A stretch of DNA of 64,000 nucleotides from Carcharhinus longimanus. Lineage: Eukaryota. This document shows positions 1 through 13,074 of the stretch, piece by piece. Under the pieces are notes generated by a model. The model did not search any database. It worked only from the letters and a program-made list of their open reading frames with translations, and was not told the DNA's origin. Every line of letters begins with the position of its first letter. Position 1 is the first letter of the stretch. Where the stretch lies: positions 85,883,898 to 85,947,897 of the forward strand of contig JASCQW010000043.1 in assembly GCA_030264375.1 (NCBI GenBank). The letters are read 5' to 3'. A program made the translations under genes and the position numbers.

Positions 1-820
1 TATCCCAATGGCCAAGGCACATGAAACATGTACCTTGGTGGTACCTAGACCTAGAGTAGGTTCAGGCTCACAGTCTAGTGATTATCTCTCAGACATGGAT
101 CCACAGTAGGCAGGGATAGTGACAACTGCGTTCCCTGACACATAGGAGAACAATGGAGACCAGGCTCCAGCCTATTTGGAATCAGATAATGAGCCTCTGG
201 AATTAGCTCTGAGAGAAGTGTTGGCGATGCAGCAACAGACAGGGGAGGGAGCATCAGTCAAAGTTATCAGAGGCCATCACCAGACTGGAATGAAGGTTGG
301 AGGGGTTCTGCATGTTCTGTTTGGTGTTGTGGCTTCAGCGTGTGAACACATCCAGTTTTCCCTGGGAAGGATGGCAGCTGCCTTGGACACTCAGGCCCAG
401 CAGTTTCTGATGGAATTGCGCTCAGACTAAGACTCGAGCCAGGGGTGTGACCCAGCAGCAGCTGGCAAAGGGAAATTAGGTATCTCTGCCTCCCTCCAGG
501 TGCCCCATTTCCTCAAGACAGGGGGCCCTTTGGCACCCTGAAGAAGGAGGAGCATTAGTCAGGCACCCCGAGAGCATTCACCAGGACACTCCAAGGGCTT
601 CCATTTGTTCCAAGTCACCTTTACCTCTGACCCCATCAACTCCAGGTGGTCAGATTGAGGACAGTGCACTTGTCCCAGAACAAGAGCTTTTTTAGCAGGC
701 TGGCACTAGAAGAGGACACCAAAGTCAGCTCAGATAACAGAGCATACCTGTCATTTGGCTGTCTCCACCTCTGCTCTGGAGGCTGCATCTATGTGTGATG
801 TTCGGGTATGAAAAACTAAA
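1..820 (+). mobile_element. Degenerate repeat, possibly the distal ORF2 region of a PIF/Harbinger-type element
   Basis: GC-richer coding-like decay (ORF 176-430 MESDNEPLELALREVLAMQQ...) resembling the other Harbinger-associated debris in this window; no diagnostic motif. Confidence 0.3.
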
Positions 821-1691
821 GGGATGATTCTCCCCAAAAAACTCTACGTGTCGAATTTGCCTAAAAACTGGAGTAAATCACACTGTTTTCTTTCAACAGG
901 AGTTTCAAAATGAATCTCCCACACTCTGTGCGCTGCAGAGTGCCCTACTGTAAATCATGCTGAAATTCAGTGGGCAGGGCCTATTCCCACTGGAGAGGTT
1001 GGCGGCACAGCACTGAGGGGGCTACTGAGCATGTGCTGATCAGTCAGCACTGACATTGGCGCATGCACAGTGGGCCCGCACTGCCAGCTTCCCGATCGCT
1101 GGCCAGCTTGATCGCTGGTCAGCCCCAGAGCCCCCGCATCGCTGAGCCCCTGACTCTGACACGGCCCGATTGCTGCCCCCTGAACACATCTGGGCCAGCC
1201 TTGACCAATCCCTCCCTCCAGCCTGTCATCTCAATGCCAGCTCTGATCACTGGCCTCCCTCCCTCCATCACCCAGCCCAATTGCAGAATGGCAGCGAGGC
1301 CCTCCCACCCCCACCGATCTCCCCCATCAGGCTCCACCCCTCATTACGCTCCATCCCCTTGCCACAGCCCGATGTCCGGTGGGCAATGTCAGGAGGCCCA
1401 GGCTGGCACTGACAAGGTGGTCAGTCCCGGGCCAGCCTCAACACTGCACTATAGGGGGTCAATGATTCCCAGACCCACTAATGAGATTTAAAATACAGTC
1501 AAATGAGTGTTTACATAAATTATGCAGCCCAATGCCAATTTCTGGCATGGAGCTGATGGCGCCAGAAATCTGGCTATCAGAGACTTACGGAGGCCATGGC
1601 ACTCAGCGGGGAGCCTGCAAAAGGGCCTCCGCTTGAGTCTCCTGGCCCATTGTGCTATAAAAACAGCGCAGTGCCTGGAAGAAGCGCCCCC
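821..1691. mobile_element. Non-autonomous TIR DNA element (probably Harbinger-type), copy 1
   Basis: Imperfect terminal inverted repeats GGGATGATTCTCC...GGAAGAAGCGCCCC; both end regions align by eye to 50361-51596. Confidence 0.75.
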
Positions 1692-2060
1692 TAAGTTTTG
1701 AATGCGCAATGGTGGCATTGGTATTATGGATGTTTTTAAACACTTCATTATTGTGAATATGTTTTGTCACTCTCCATGTTCCAAGTCTCAGGTAATCAAT
1801 AGCTAACCAACATGATAAAAGATCCCATGTTCATACCAGGTCCAAAATGTGCAATACACCCCAATCCCACCTGGATTATCAGTCGCATTAAATCTCATTC
1901 AAGCTTGTGATTCGCTTCTATTTTCATGTCTGCATCACTAACAAGGGCGCTTCATACGAGATAAAGATGGTTGGGGAATACTCATGTGACCCTTGGATCT
2001 CAGGAAGATATTAAGAGAATTGCTCATCAAGATTAGTGATTATCTTGATGCTGTCACACT

Positions 2061-2380
2061 GAACAAAGAACAAAGAAAATTACAACACGGGAACAGTCCC
2101 TTCGGCCCTCCAGGCCTGCAATGACCATGCTGCCCAACTTAACTAAAACCCCATACCCTTCCAGGAACCATATCCCTCTATTCCCATCCTATTCAGGTAT
2201 TTGTCAAGATGCCCCTAAAAGTCATTACCGTATCTGTTTCCACTAACTCCCCTAGCAATGAGTTCCAGGCACCCACTACTCTCTGTGTAAAAAATCTGCC
2301 TTGTACATCTCCTTTAAACCTTGCACCTCACACCTTAAACCTATGCTCCCTAGTAATTGACTCTTCTACCCTGGGAAAAA
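2061..2380 (-). mobile_element. CR1/HER1-type LINE 3' end
   Basis: GAACAAAGAACAAAG tail repeat followed by CR1 3'UTR/ORF2 C-terminal sequence, similar to 3721-3990. Confidence 0.85.
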
Positions 2381-3720
2381 AGGGTGAAGTCAGAAGTTTA
2401 TACATGTAATGGGTATCCACTGTGATGAATGTTAGAATCCTTTCTCCCAGGTGAACTTTGCAGTGGTGTTTATTTTATGACAGAGAGTTTTTGGGAGAAG
2501 TAGTATTTATCATCAGGCATCATAGCCTTTCTTTACCCCTGCAGTGTGTTTATAGGCTAAACATTATTCCTTTCTTGCTTCCCACAGTCTCCATGCATGA
2601 CGCTGAACGATGGAAGTTGATTCTATTCAGTGACATCAGAAATGCCTGAAAGAGGGGGAATAAGTGTGCGATGTCAGAGGTAAGTGCTCATCTTGATGAA
2701 GCCGGCAACCTACCTTTCAGGACCTTGCTTTGCTCCTGAACAGCTGCCAAGTAGTTTATTTGCAGATACTTCTGTAAAGGCACAGTACTGAACTCGCTAT
2801 GGAATTCATTGCATGACTATGCACTCATTAACTTAGGGTAGATAGAAAAGATTGACCTTTGTGAGATGAAGAAAGTCGAGGACTGTAATGCTATACAGCG
2901 ATGCTTTGGCACATCTCCTGAGTCTTCAGTAAGATCTATGAAAGGAAGTAGTTGTCATTGACAGCTGTGTCAATACTGACTGGGTCACGTTTCTCCCAAA
3001 TGCCAAGGCGATGCAGGATGTAGACTTGGCAGGTTCCAATAAATGCAGATAATGACTGTTTATAAATAATGAAACAATAGCCTAGCAGAGCCACTCTATG
3101 TGAGGACAATACGAATATAACTCAGCTTTGGAAGCACGCTGCAGAGTAACAAATCATTGTGTCCTGATCTCCAAAGGCAAATTAGGACTTGGTAGCAAGA
3201 TGAGGCCTCTATATTATTCATGCATGAGAGCTGGAGTTTGGAGAGATGATGTATTTGGATGTTGCTGCCTTTGGAAATGGTCAAGCAGTAACCATCGACA
3301 AATGCTTCTCCCGTTAGTATCACCTTGCTAAGCTGCCGTTATATTGGCATGACTTCATCATGTGCAATGGCTGTCATGCCCATTGAGTTGTTGATGTCAT
3401 AGCTGAAAGGATGGCACTATGTGACTGGCGGAGTGCCAATCACATTCCACATGGCCTCTAAGCTAATATGTCTTCCAAAGATCGTTCCACTGTTAGGGCT
3501 AAAGGTGACTTATACTATTTCCATGATTATTGTGAGATTGATGATCTTTCCTGATATGGATGATGCTGAGAATGAAGAATTTGTTGTGTCCTCTACCTCA
3601 AAGCCTGAGAGACATTTGATTGTGAAAACTTGGTCTTCACCTTGTTCCTCTTGAAAGCTATGTAGCCATGAGGTTATCATGGGCACGTCTGCTGCATCAT
3701 GCACTTGCAGTGGCTTCCTC

Positions 3721-4405
3721 AAAGAACAAAGAACAATACAGCACAGGAACTGGCCCTTCGGCTCTCCAAGCCTGCGCTGCTCATGCACCCAACAAGACCA
3801 TTTGTTTGTATCCCTCTATTCCCAGTCTGTTCATGTGGCTGTCTAAATAAGTCTTAAATGATCCCTGCGCGTCCGCCTCAACCACCTTGCTTGGCAGTGC
3901 ATTCCAAGCCCCCACCACCCTCTGTGTAAAATACATCCCCCTGACATCTGTGTTGAACCTTGCCCCCCTCACCTTGAACTTGTGACCCCTTGTNNNNNNN
4001 NNNNNNNNNNNNNNNNNNNNNNNNNNNNNNNNNNNNNNNNNNNNNNNNNNNNNNNNNNNNNNNNNNNNNNNNNNNNNNNNNNNNNNNNNNNNNNNNNNNN
4101 NNNNNNNNNNNNNNNNNNNNNNNNNNNNNNNNNNNNNNNNNNNNNNNNNNNNNNNNNNNNNNNNNNNNNNNNNNNNNNNNTCTGTACTCTCTCCAAAGCC
4201 TCCACGTCCTTCTGGTAGTGTGGTGACCAGAACTGGACGCAGTATTCCAAATGTGGCATAACCAACGTTCTATATAGCTGCAACATCATATGCCAACTTT
4301 TATACTTTATGCCCCGTCCAATAAAGGCAAGCATGCCTTCTTCACCACCCTCTCCACCTGTGCTGCCGCCTTTAAGAACCTGTGGACTTGCACACCCAGG
4401 TCCTC
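3721..4405 (-). mobile_element. CR1/HER1-type LINE fragment (ORF2 C-terminus and 3' tail), spans an N gap
   Basis: Translations LAFIGRGIKYKS..LQLYRTLVMPHLEYCVQFWSPHYQKDVEALERVQ and FTQRVVGAWNALP are canonical CR1 ORF2. Confidence 0.92.
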
Positions 4406-5350
4406 ATGTGGCTCGTGTATCATCCTCTTCAGAGTGATCCCCTACCAAGTCTTCTTCTGAGGAGATGTCTAACTCCGCAATGTCTCCCTCTGAAACACAT
4501 CCCCTTTTGCAGCAATTGGTTCTGCAGGGCCCAGAAAATAATGACGATGCATGACATCCTCTGTAGAGTCCCAGCTGACCTGCTCCACACCAGAAACATA
4601 ACTTTAAGAAGCCAATAGTCTTCTCTATTAAAGACTTGATATCAGAGAATGCAGATTTATATCTCTCCTCAGATGCACTCTGTGGCTGATAAACGAGCGT
4701 CACTAGTGAAGTCTTCTTATCACCAAGGAACTAAGTCTCTAAACACTGAACTTCTTTAAATATCTTTGACATCTGGAAGTGATTCAAAATACATGATTTG
4801 TGAGGTCTCTGAGACCCTAACATAAACATGCTGGATCTGTTTTTTGTGATTACAAGGAGCCGGACCTTCAGAGAGTGATATCCTTTTCTATTAATGAATC
4901 TCACAAGCTGCTACCTGGGAGCTGTCATGGTCATGTGAGCAGTCAATGGCTCCCAGCATTTACACAAGTCTGACATTGCAGCATATTCCCACAGTTCTGA
5001 CAGCCTGGCTTGTTCCATCCAAGTGGAACTGCACGTAATGGTCAGCTTTACTGAAAATGGCATTTGTCACCTCTCTTGTGCATTTGTGTGTCACTGATAG
5101 TGAGATTCCACAAAGCCCCCAGTGTACCTCTGGAAGGATCTGCTTGCAAATCGGTGCAGATGTTATCCTCAGAGCAACTGGTACTAGATACCCTCCAACT
5201 CCAAGTAGTGTGAATTCCTCAGGGAGAATGTGAAAACATAAGCTACCACATTCCTGGACAAGCAAGGGTGCCAGCAGCACTGTTTTTCACTCAACTCCAT
5301 ATATGAGCTCCAACTTCTGTAGACCTTGTGTCTTAGTGGATTTGGTCCAC
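4406..5350 (-). pseudogene. Decayed PIF/Harbinger (HARBI1-like DDE) transposase
   Basis: Minus-strand motifs in order: GLCGISLSVTHKCTREVTNAIF, LGAIDCSH (first catalytic D), FINRKGYHSLKV, LGDK, EERYKSAFSDIKSLIEKTIGFLKLCF; many frameshifts. Confidence 0.87.
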
Positions 5351-5449
5351 TNNNNNNNNNNNNNNNNNNNNNNNNNNNNNNNNNNNNNNNNNNNNNNNNN
5401 NNNNNNNNNNNNNNNNNNNNNNNNNNNNNNNNNNNNNNNNNNNNNNNNN

Positions 5450-7470
5450 NNCCACTCAGCAACATCTGAGACTTCCTGAGGCCCCATTGGCTCTTGTGCC
5501 TTGGGATGGTCTTCCCTGAGCTTCCTCATTCTAATCATATTTATCAACAAGACAACATTGCTTGAAGCTTTCATTTGTCACTCCTTCCTGTATCTGTGAA
5601 CAGATATAATTGAGCAATAGTGGTTCCCCTTGAATGGTCACCTTCATATAAAAGGTAGGAATCCCATCTCCAGCCCTTGACTCACCTTCAGTCTGTACAT
5701 GGCATATCAGAGCCGCCATTACAGGATGAGATCATCCTGAAGTACGATAATAGGCTGAGATATTCTCTCAGACCTGACCGCATTCATAGTGAGAGTCTTA
5801 ATAGGGGTCACAAGGCCCATGTCCTATAGCCCAGAGTCAAGCTTCTGATGGTTGTCCTCCAGTGGCCTTGGCAATGCTATTGATACCCAACCCTTACACT
5901 TGTGTCATGACTGCAAGCGTTATGCCTTGAATGCCACGGCCAGCACACTGCAAATAGTGAGGCTCGTAGAGTCCATGATGTCTCTGTACAGCAGCCATGG
6001 CGCTCGATTGTTTGACTGTTCTCACTTGTCCCATAATGATCAGATACCACTTAAGACCATATACACTGCAGCACCTAAACTTAATGGATTCTTCTGTCAA
6101 TGTGCAACATTAATAAAGGAGTCATGCTCGCTCATTGTGCATTAGACTCTGGAATCCAGCAATCGGCTGAGGCATGCTCTCCATGGTTAGAGCAAGAAAT
6201 CTATAGGGTTCCCATCAATTGTCCAGAAAATGTTTGACTGAACCCTTCCCACACGGCCAGAAACCCCTCCCCGATGGATTTTTTTCTGGTGTTTTTCAAG
6301 CTGCTTTACTCATAGATTAATGCAAAAATGATACTGTTGATTTTTGTGAATGAGTCCAGCTTCCCACTGTCTTTATCACCCACCAAGGTCCTCCCATCCT
6401 CCCCCATGCACACTGATCCATAATTCCCACTTTTCCTGTCACTATCCTGTCTTCCCTGTTACCCTGGACCTCGTTGTTGTCCATGTGGATATTCCTGTTC
6501 TGTCCCCATATTTTGCCTCCACGCTATTTGTCAACCTGACCCTAACCCTCTCAAGATCACACACACCCTTACTTTTCAGGACTTGTCCCATGAGATTATC
6601 CAACACCCCCATGACTTTTCCGTTACCCATTTACAGAAATGCCTTTCCTGAATGGAATGGTGTGCTCTGACTCACAATATCATGACTCGAGCCCCTAGCG
6701 CTAAAAGCCTTTGGTGACTGACCACACCCTGCTCACCATATTGTATATGACGATCGTTGCCCAGAGATGCTTTCCCCATTCAGGCCAGTGAGTAAGACCT
6801 GTGTGCCACACAAAGCCCTCTAAAGTGGCCTGTACAGGCCCAGGACAGCCTCTCCATTATGCTCCCAACAGGTTGGCCTCATCACAAGCTAATCTCTGAT
6901 TCTTCCTTGGATTGTCTTATAACTTTTTCCCAAGGACAGTCTTTCATTATTCCATGTTGATCCTTAACCACCCACTAGGCCTGTTCATGTCTCATCCCTC
7001 CCCTCTTGTGTTCCCGCACTCCCTCCCTGTCCTGCCTCTGTCTCACTCTTCCCCACTGGTTTTGCCTCTCTTGCCCCAGCCGTAGCACAGCTTGTGCTAC
7101 AGGCACTTAGTATTTTGTAACTACCACCTTTAAGGAAGGTGAAGGCAGAATGTACTGACTTCTAGGATGAACTGAGGAATGATGTATGCCTCTTACACTG
7201 TCCTAATAAACATCTGCTGACAGGGCATTTAATTTGGAGGGGGAAACTAATTTTGGTGAGTTGGGACTTTTACTGAGAATTCGCAAAATGCCGCTGAAAC
7301 AGCTATGTTTCCCTGCATAGTTCAGCAGGAAACTCAACCCACCTGCCATCAAAATCAGGAGGATTCCAAGCGAACTTTCTGCCAGCAGGAAATCGACTTT
7401 ATCAAGAGGCCAAATTTAATCTCCCCGCTTGTCATGATCCCCACTGCTGGAGCCGAAAATTCCAACCAGA
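5450..7470 (-). mobile_element. Probable remainder (ORF2 region and terminus) of the same Harbinger element
   Basis: Contiguous upstream of the transposase on the same strand; MITE-like terminal sequence near 7380-7465; weak ORF2-like similarity near 6800-6940. Confidence 0.4.
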
Positions 7471-7487
7471 GACTTGGCCACTGCCTC

Positions 7488-7830
7488 AACAACAACTTGT
7501 ATTATATTACTTTTAATGTAGTACAACATCACCAGGCACTTTGCAGCTATTTTAGCAAATGGAATTGGACACTAGCCACATGAGGAGATAACAGGATCGA
7601 TGAGAGGTAGGTCTTAAGGAGCGTTTTAAAAGGGAAAAGGCAAAGAAGAGGGGATTCCAGAGTTTAGGGCCTAGGCAGCTGAAAAGCCACAAATGGTGGA
7701 GCACTACAAATTGGAGGTGCACTGAAGGCCAGAAAGGGAGGCACAAAGAAATCTCAAAGGGTTGTAGCACTGGGAGAGATTACAGAGATGGGAAAGAATA
7801 AGGCAATGGAGGAGTTTGAAAACAAGTTCT
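7488..7830 (-). mobile_element. L2-like LINE 3' fragment
   Basis: AACAACAACTTG...TTTAATGTAGTACAACATC tail and purine-rich body similar to 24670-25275; minus translation FSCLGPKLWNPL. Confidence 0.65.
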
Positions 7831-8132
7831 TGCTGGTCTGTCAAGGATAGCGATTGTAAGCATTCTCCAAGGCGGCCTTCATGACACATGACAGCGCAGA
7901 GTCGCTGAGCGGAGACTGATAGCCAAGTTCCGCACACATGAGCACGGCTTCAACAGGGATCTGGGGTTCATGTCGCACTATCTGTAACCCCCATGACTTG
8001 CCTGGGCTTGTAAAATCTCACTTACTGTCCTGNNNNNNNNNNNNNNNNNNNNNNNNNNNNNNNNNNNNNNNNNNNNNNNNNNNNNNNNNNNNNNNNNNNN
8101 NNNNNNNNNNNNNNNNNNNNNNNNNNNNNNNN

Positions 8133-8222
8133 CAACGGGCAGAGAATTCCAGAGATTCACCACCCTTTGAGTGAAGAAGTTCCTCCTCAACTCCGTTCTA
8201 AACTGCCCCTCCTTTATCTTGA
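8133..8222 (-). mobile_element. CR1 LINE fragment next to a gap
   Basis: LKIKEGQFRTELRRNFFTQRVVNLWNSLP. Confidence 0.85.
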
Positions 8223-8639
8223 GGGACAATCATCACAATGTCCCAATTCTTTTAAGAGTGAAAAGTGCTTAAGCCAATGTTTTTGACCATTACAATTGTA
8301 AATTGCTCTTGTAATGCCTATAGCAACAATAGGCATTTGGTATCCATGGTGCAATGAGGGCAAACAGGCCTCATTATACAGTTCTGTGATTTAACCAAAA
8401 GAAGTTAAGAAATGGGAGCAGGAGTTACATTGCTTTATTACAAGTATTACACTGCTTTAAGCCTGCACTGCCATTAGATACCATGACTGTTCTGCTACTT
8501 CAACTCCACTTTCTCACTTTATCCCGATATGTCTTGGTTTCCAAATATCATTTCAATATACTCATCCAGATATTAAACATCACCTCTCACTTCCAGAAGG
8601 AAATCCAAAGGACATAAAAATTTGCTAAGATACTATTCT

Positions 8640-9135
8640 AAGGGTCTAAGGAAGGATGTGCTGGCCTTGGAGAGTGTCCAGAGAAGTTCACGAGAATGAT
8701 CCTAGGAATGAAAAGCTTGACATATGAGGAGCATATGAGGACTCTGAGTCTGTACTTGATGGAGTTTAAAAGAATGGAGGGGGATCTCATTGAAACTTAC
8801 AGAATACTGAAAGGCTTGCATAAACATGCAGAAGATGTTTCCAGTAGTAGGTGAGACTAGGATCCAAGGGCACAGCCTCAGATTAAAGGGTTTATTTAGA
8901 ACAGAGATGAGGAGAAATTTCTTCAGCCAGAAGGTGGTGAATCTGTGGAATTCATTGCCACAGAAAGCTGTGCAGGACAGGTCATTGAGTATATTTAAGG
9001 CAGATAGATAAGTTCTTGATGCTAAGGGGATCAAAGATTACAGGTAAAGGCGGAAGAATGGGGTGAAGAAACTTATCAGCCATGATTGAATGGTGGAGCA
9101 GACTCGATGGGCCAAATGGCCTAATTCTGCTCATA
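8640..9135 (+). mobile_element. CR1 LINE 3' fragment
   Basis: LRKDVLALESVQRS...FRTEMRRNFFSQKVVNLWNSLPQKAV and 3'UTR GATGGGCCAAATGGCCTAATTCTGCTC. Confidence 0.92.
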
Positions 9136-9142
9136 TTTTATA

Positions 9143-9437
9143 AGTTTAAGTTTATTTATTAGTCACAAGTATGCTCACATTAACACTGCAATGAAGTTAC
9201 TGTGAAAATCCCCTAGTTGCAACACTCTGGCACCTCTTCAGGTGCACTGAGGGAGAATTTAGCATAGCCAATTCAGCTAATCTGCACATCTTTGAACCGT
9301 GGGAGGAAACCAGAACACCCGGAAGAAACCCATGCAGACATGGGGAGAACGTGCAAACTCCACACAGGCAGGGAATCAAACCCAGGTTCCTGGCGCTGTG
9401 AGGCAGCAGTGCTAACCAATGTGCCACTGTGCTGCCC
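9143..9437 (-). mobile_element. HE1/V-SINE, alternative-tail subfamily
   Basis: tRNA-like head and V domain on minus; tail CTAGGGGATTTTCACAGTAACTTCATTGCAGTGTTAATG shared with 26350-26657. Confidence 0.9.
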
Positions 9438-10469
9438 AATGATCTTAATGTCTTAACAGAAGTTGCCTCCATGAGGGAGAAAGGAATAGGTTTGGTTGAT
9501 AGGGTGAGATGAAAAGAGGTGTGACCTGTGTAGACCAGATGGACTAAGTGGTCTGATTCTATGAGGCCCATTCTACAAAAGTTAGCAGAGGGATGATGAG
9601 AAATTTCAACCAATTTATTGAGATTGAAATTACTGAAAATCTGACCAAGTGTAAAAAATAAACAGGTAGACCACATCCAGATTATATCACAGCTCCTCAA
9701 CTTTTTTCATGAATGATATTATTTTAATAAATGCAGCATGAATAATTTTATGTGGTCTATCTTGTTGAAACTGTAGCTTGAACAAAATGGGGCGTTTGAA
9801 GTTTTTACATCATCAACTATATAAAGCAAACCTTTCAACCTACTCCAGTTGCCAATATAATTCAACATTTAATTTAGCAAAAAAAACTTATTAAAATTAA
9901 ACTTTAATAAAACAGTTATAAACATTGGCATGTCCTCTCAATTGCACAGGTCAATATTTTGAGATCAGAATCCCCAGGTCTGACTTAGAGCATCTGCTGA
10001 GAATTCTAACAGTGAATTCTGAAGAAACAAAATTTTATTCAATTGTTGCAACCAGTAGATAAAATTATGCTAACAAATTCAGACTCACAGCATCCATTTT
10101 TTAGGGTGATAATTGGCCTACAAAGACTCCCAATTTGGTGGGAAGTGTGCGCACAAACATTGTTAACAGGCACTGTATTGTTAAATGTACTGATGAAGAA
10201 AGAAAATAGATGTGGAGGGCCCACTCTTGAAACTAAATATTGGGCTCTCTATAAGCAGATCAGGAGTATAAAGCCTGCTGAAGTCCCGATTTAAATATTA
10301 TTTTGATCTGAGGCAATTAGTACTCCGTAAAACCAAACCTTGGGATTGCTGACTACATACAAGGTAAGTTTTCAGATTTGCTAACTTGGAATGTAGAGTC
10401 TGGAAGGAAGCGAACTCTGGCTCCTAATCCTACCTTTACTGAAAGCTCATAGTCACTCCTGACTGCTCT

Positions 10470-11550
10470 AACAGAAGATGTTGATGTGTACTGCTGAAAG
10501 TTCACAGACGTGAAAGATTAACTCTGTTTTTCTCTTTGTAGATGCTGCCAGATCTGGTACTTCCAGCATTTTCTGTTTTTATTTTAGATTTCCAGCATCT
10601 TCAGTATTTGACTTTTGAACTGGATCCTAGATATGCCTGTCTTTTCATGGGATATGTGAAATAGTCTTTGTTCCAGTTCTATTCATGTCCCCTATATTTC
10701 CAATATTTCCACCACCCCACCATTACCTTCATGGTCCATCTCTGTCTTGTCCCTTCCCTAATTCTTCTAAATTCATCTCTGAGAATAGGTTGTGTTCCAA
10801 TAGCTACTTTGATTACAATTCCTCCCACCCCTTTTTCAGAAAGAGACTTGATTCCATTTTCACAGTTTCTTCACCTCCATCTGTTCTAAGTTGGAACATA
10901 TCTTCCTTTTCCCTTGTGGTTGATGGATCCTCTATGATGTCCCTTCCATTTATTGCACAGCTGCTCTCACCCTTTACCCTCCTTCCCAAAATCTCAGTGG
11001 AGTTCACCTTGCCCTCGCCTTCCAAGCCCCAGCTTTCACACTCAACATCCCACCATTTCTTCCACATACGTGCAGCTTGATGCCTCCACCAATCACAGCT
11101 TCCTCTCCCATCCCCTTTCAGCATTCCAAAGGAATGATTCCCTCCACAAAGCTCTAGTCCATTTTCCAGGCAACCCCGACACCCCTTCCCTTTCCCACTG
11201 CAGATTCCCAGGCAAACACCTGATGTGCCTAACCTTCCAGTTCCTCCACTCTCACCTACTAGGTGAAACAGCAATTTATTTGTATTTTTTTTTCAATTTA
11301 GTTTACTGTATTTTTTGCTTTCAAAGCGTACTCTGCTAGATTGGTGAGGTTGATCGGATGACAACTTTGCTGAATATCTCCATTCATCCCTCAAGCATGA
11401 CTCCATCTTTCCATCATTTGAATTATTCATCGAATCCCAATGTGACCTTTCTGTGCTTGGCCGCCTAAACTGTTCCAATGAAGCTCAACGTAATCTTTTG
11501 ATTGTGCCCTTTACCCAATTCAACGCTGAATTCCACAATTTCAGATTAAG
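10470..11550 (+). mobile_element. Penelope-like retroelement remnant (pLTR, RT C-terminal part, GIY-YIG endonuclease)
   Basis: Near 10625 DPRYACLFMGYVK*SLFQ (GPSYACLFMGYVEQSLFQ-like); 11260-11390 VKQQF...NLVYCIFC...IGE...DNFAEYLHS (GIY-YIG); pLTR at 10500-10615. Confidence 0.85.
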
Positions 11551-11571
11551 AAATTGGATCATTGTCAACAA

Positions 11572-11742
11572 AGATGTGTGAATTGTGTTGATTGGCCATG
11601 CTATATTGACCCTTAGTGTCAGAAGGATTAGCAGGGTAAGTGCCTAGGTTAACAGTGATAAGGTCTGGGTGGGATTGTTGTCGGTATAGGCTCAATGGGT
11701 CAAATAGCCTCATTCTGCATTGTAGGGATTCTATGATTTTAT
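11572..11742 (+). mobile_element. HE1 SINE 3' half (HER1-type tail)
   Basis: GATTGGCCATGCTA..., tail GTAGGGATTCTATGATT. Confidence 0.88.
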
Positions 11743-11866
11743 GAACACTGCTCCTATTTTAGGTAATAATTTTACTGTTCTCATTTTCAGCTCATCGAGT
11801 GCCATCCTTTGTTTCTTTAACTTGCCCCATTACCATTTTCTTTTGCCAAGCACAGAGATTTCTTTT

Positions 11867-11999
11867 GGGTGAAATTTTCCCATCCCGTCTGCCAGAGGAA
11901 TCGATACGAATGGGACAGAAAATTTGGCAGACCATTTAAAGATCCGTTGTCCTCCAGCGGGAATTTCCATTCTTGGGGCATGGCAGGAAAATCTCACCC
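11867..11999. mobile_element. ~130 bp Harbinger-type MITE
   Basis: TIRs GGGTGAAATTTTCC / GGAAAATCTCACCC; same family as 13265, 21651, 30552, 40405, 52503, 57761. Confidence 0.8.
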
Positions 12000-12109
12000 C
12001 GTATCATTTAATCTTCACTGTTTTGCTTTTTACTACCATAAGGCATCCTCTTTATTCTTTCCTCTCCCCACCTTCCCCAATTCTGTTTCTCATACCTGCC
12101 TAAAACATG

Positions 12110-12205
12110 TTTACATCTAACATTTTTTCTCCTCTGAGAGAAGATCAAGCGTTAACTCTGTTTCTCTATCCACAGACAGAGTATTAGTAGCATTTTCTGC
12201 TTTTG
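12110..12205 (+). mobile_element. Penelope-like pLTR remnant (probably the 3' end of the 10470 element)
   Basis: GTTAACTCTGTTTCTCTATCCACAGA...AGCATTTTCTG motif repeated from 10515-10580. Confidence 0.65.
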
Positions 12206-13074
12206 ATGCAAGGTTTATATGGATTAAGTGAGGACTAAAATTAAGTTAAATTCAATGCTGAGGGTGAAAAATTAGATTTTCTTTCCAGAATTAAACAGGC
12301 ATAAAGAATAATAGCTACTGAAATCTTATTCATCAAAATAAGAAAATCGATGGGAGTAAATTAAGGCAAACAATTGATTTTAAAAAAACACCCTTAAGAC
12401 GTCACAAACCTATACATTGTTAGCAGATTATACAAATCCCAATACTTCTCTGCAGGAAGTTGAATGAATAAAATATTTTTCACAAATGCTTAAACCACTC
12501 ATCCATCATTAGATACCAGTAAGGACACAATTCTCAAGAATATTTGAAATATTAGTGCAGCTGTCAAATTACTGAGTAGAGGAACAGTGATTGACATTTT
12601 TTCCATTAATATGGGTATTATGATTTTATAGGAAACCCCTTGAGACATTTTTCAGTGCTAAGTGGGGGCTACATCAAAGTCATTGAATCTGGAAAAGGAT
12701 TCTTTGATGCACTGCAGTGTCTTTGTTTGCTGGAGATCTACTTGCAGTCTCGGGACAGATGGTTTGAGTGTCAGTGAAGGTCAAGCCCACAAACACCTCC
12801 TTGCATTCCCAGTGATTCACTAACTATTTTGTTCCATGTCAAATATTAATTTTTCCTTTGCATATCCATTTTTTGAAATATTGAATAGAAATTTCCTCTG
12901 GAGCCCTGGTTTGTGACACAGTTCTTGTCCATAACTGCTAACTTTATATTTTAGAAGAATCACCTCCAATCAAAATTGCAATTAAGAAACTTTGAGCTGA
13001 GAGCATGCTTTTCCATTTTTTAATACCTTAGATGGTACAACAATGTCGAGCTGAAGGCAACTGTCTCCCAAATT

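Noticed and set aside
1063-1491. Pro/Ser-rich ORFs (also 50506-51123, 27375-27902, 34692-35147, 16684-17208)
   Set aside because: Arise from GC-rich repeat interiors, SINEs or low-complexity DNA; no domain or splice support
2397-2424. Possible V(D)J recombination signal (CACTGTG heptamer); many CACAGTG elsewhere
   Set aside because: No correctly spaced nonamer and no V/J segments; most heptamers belong to HE1 heads
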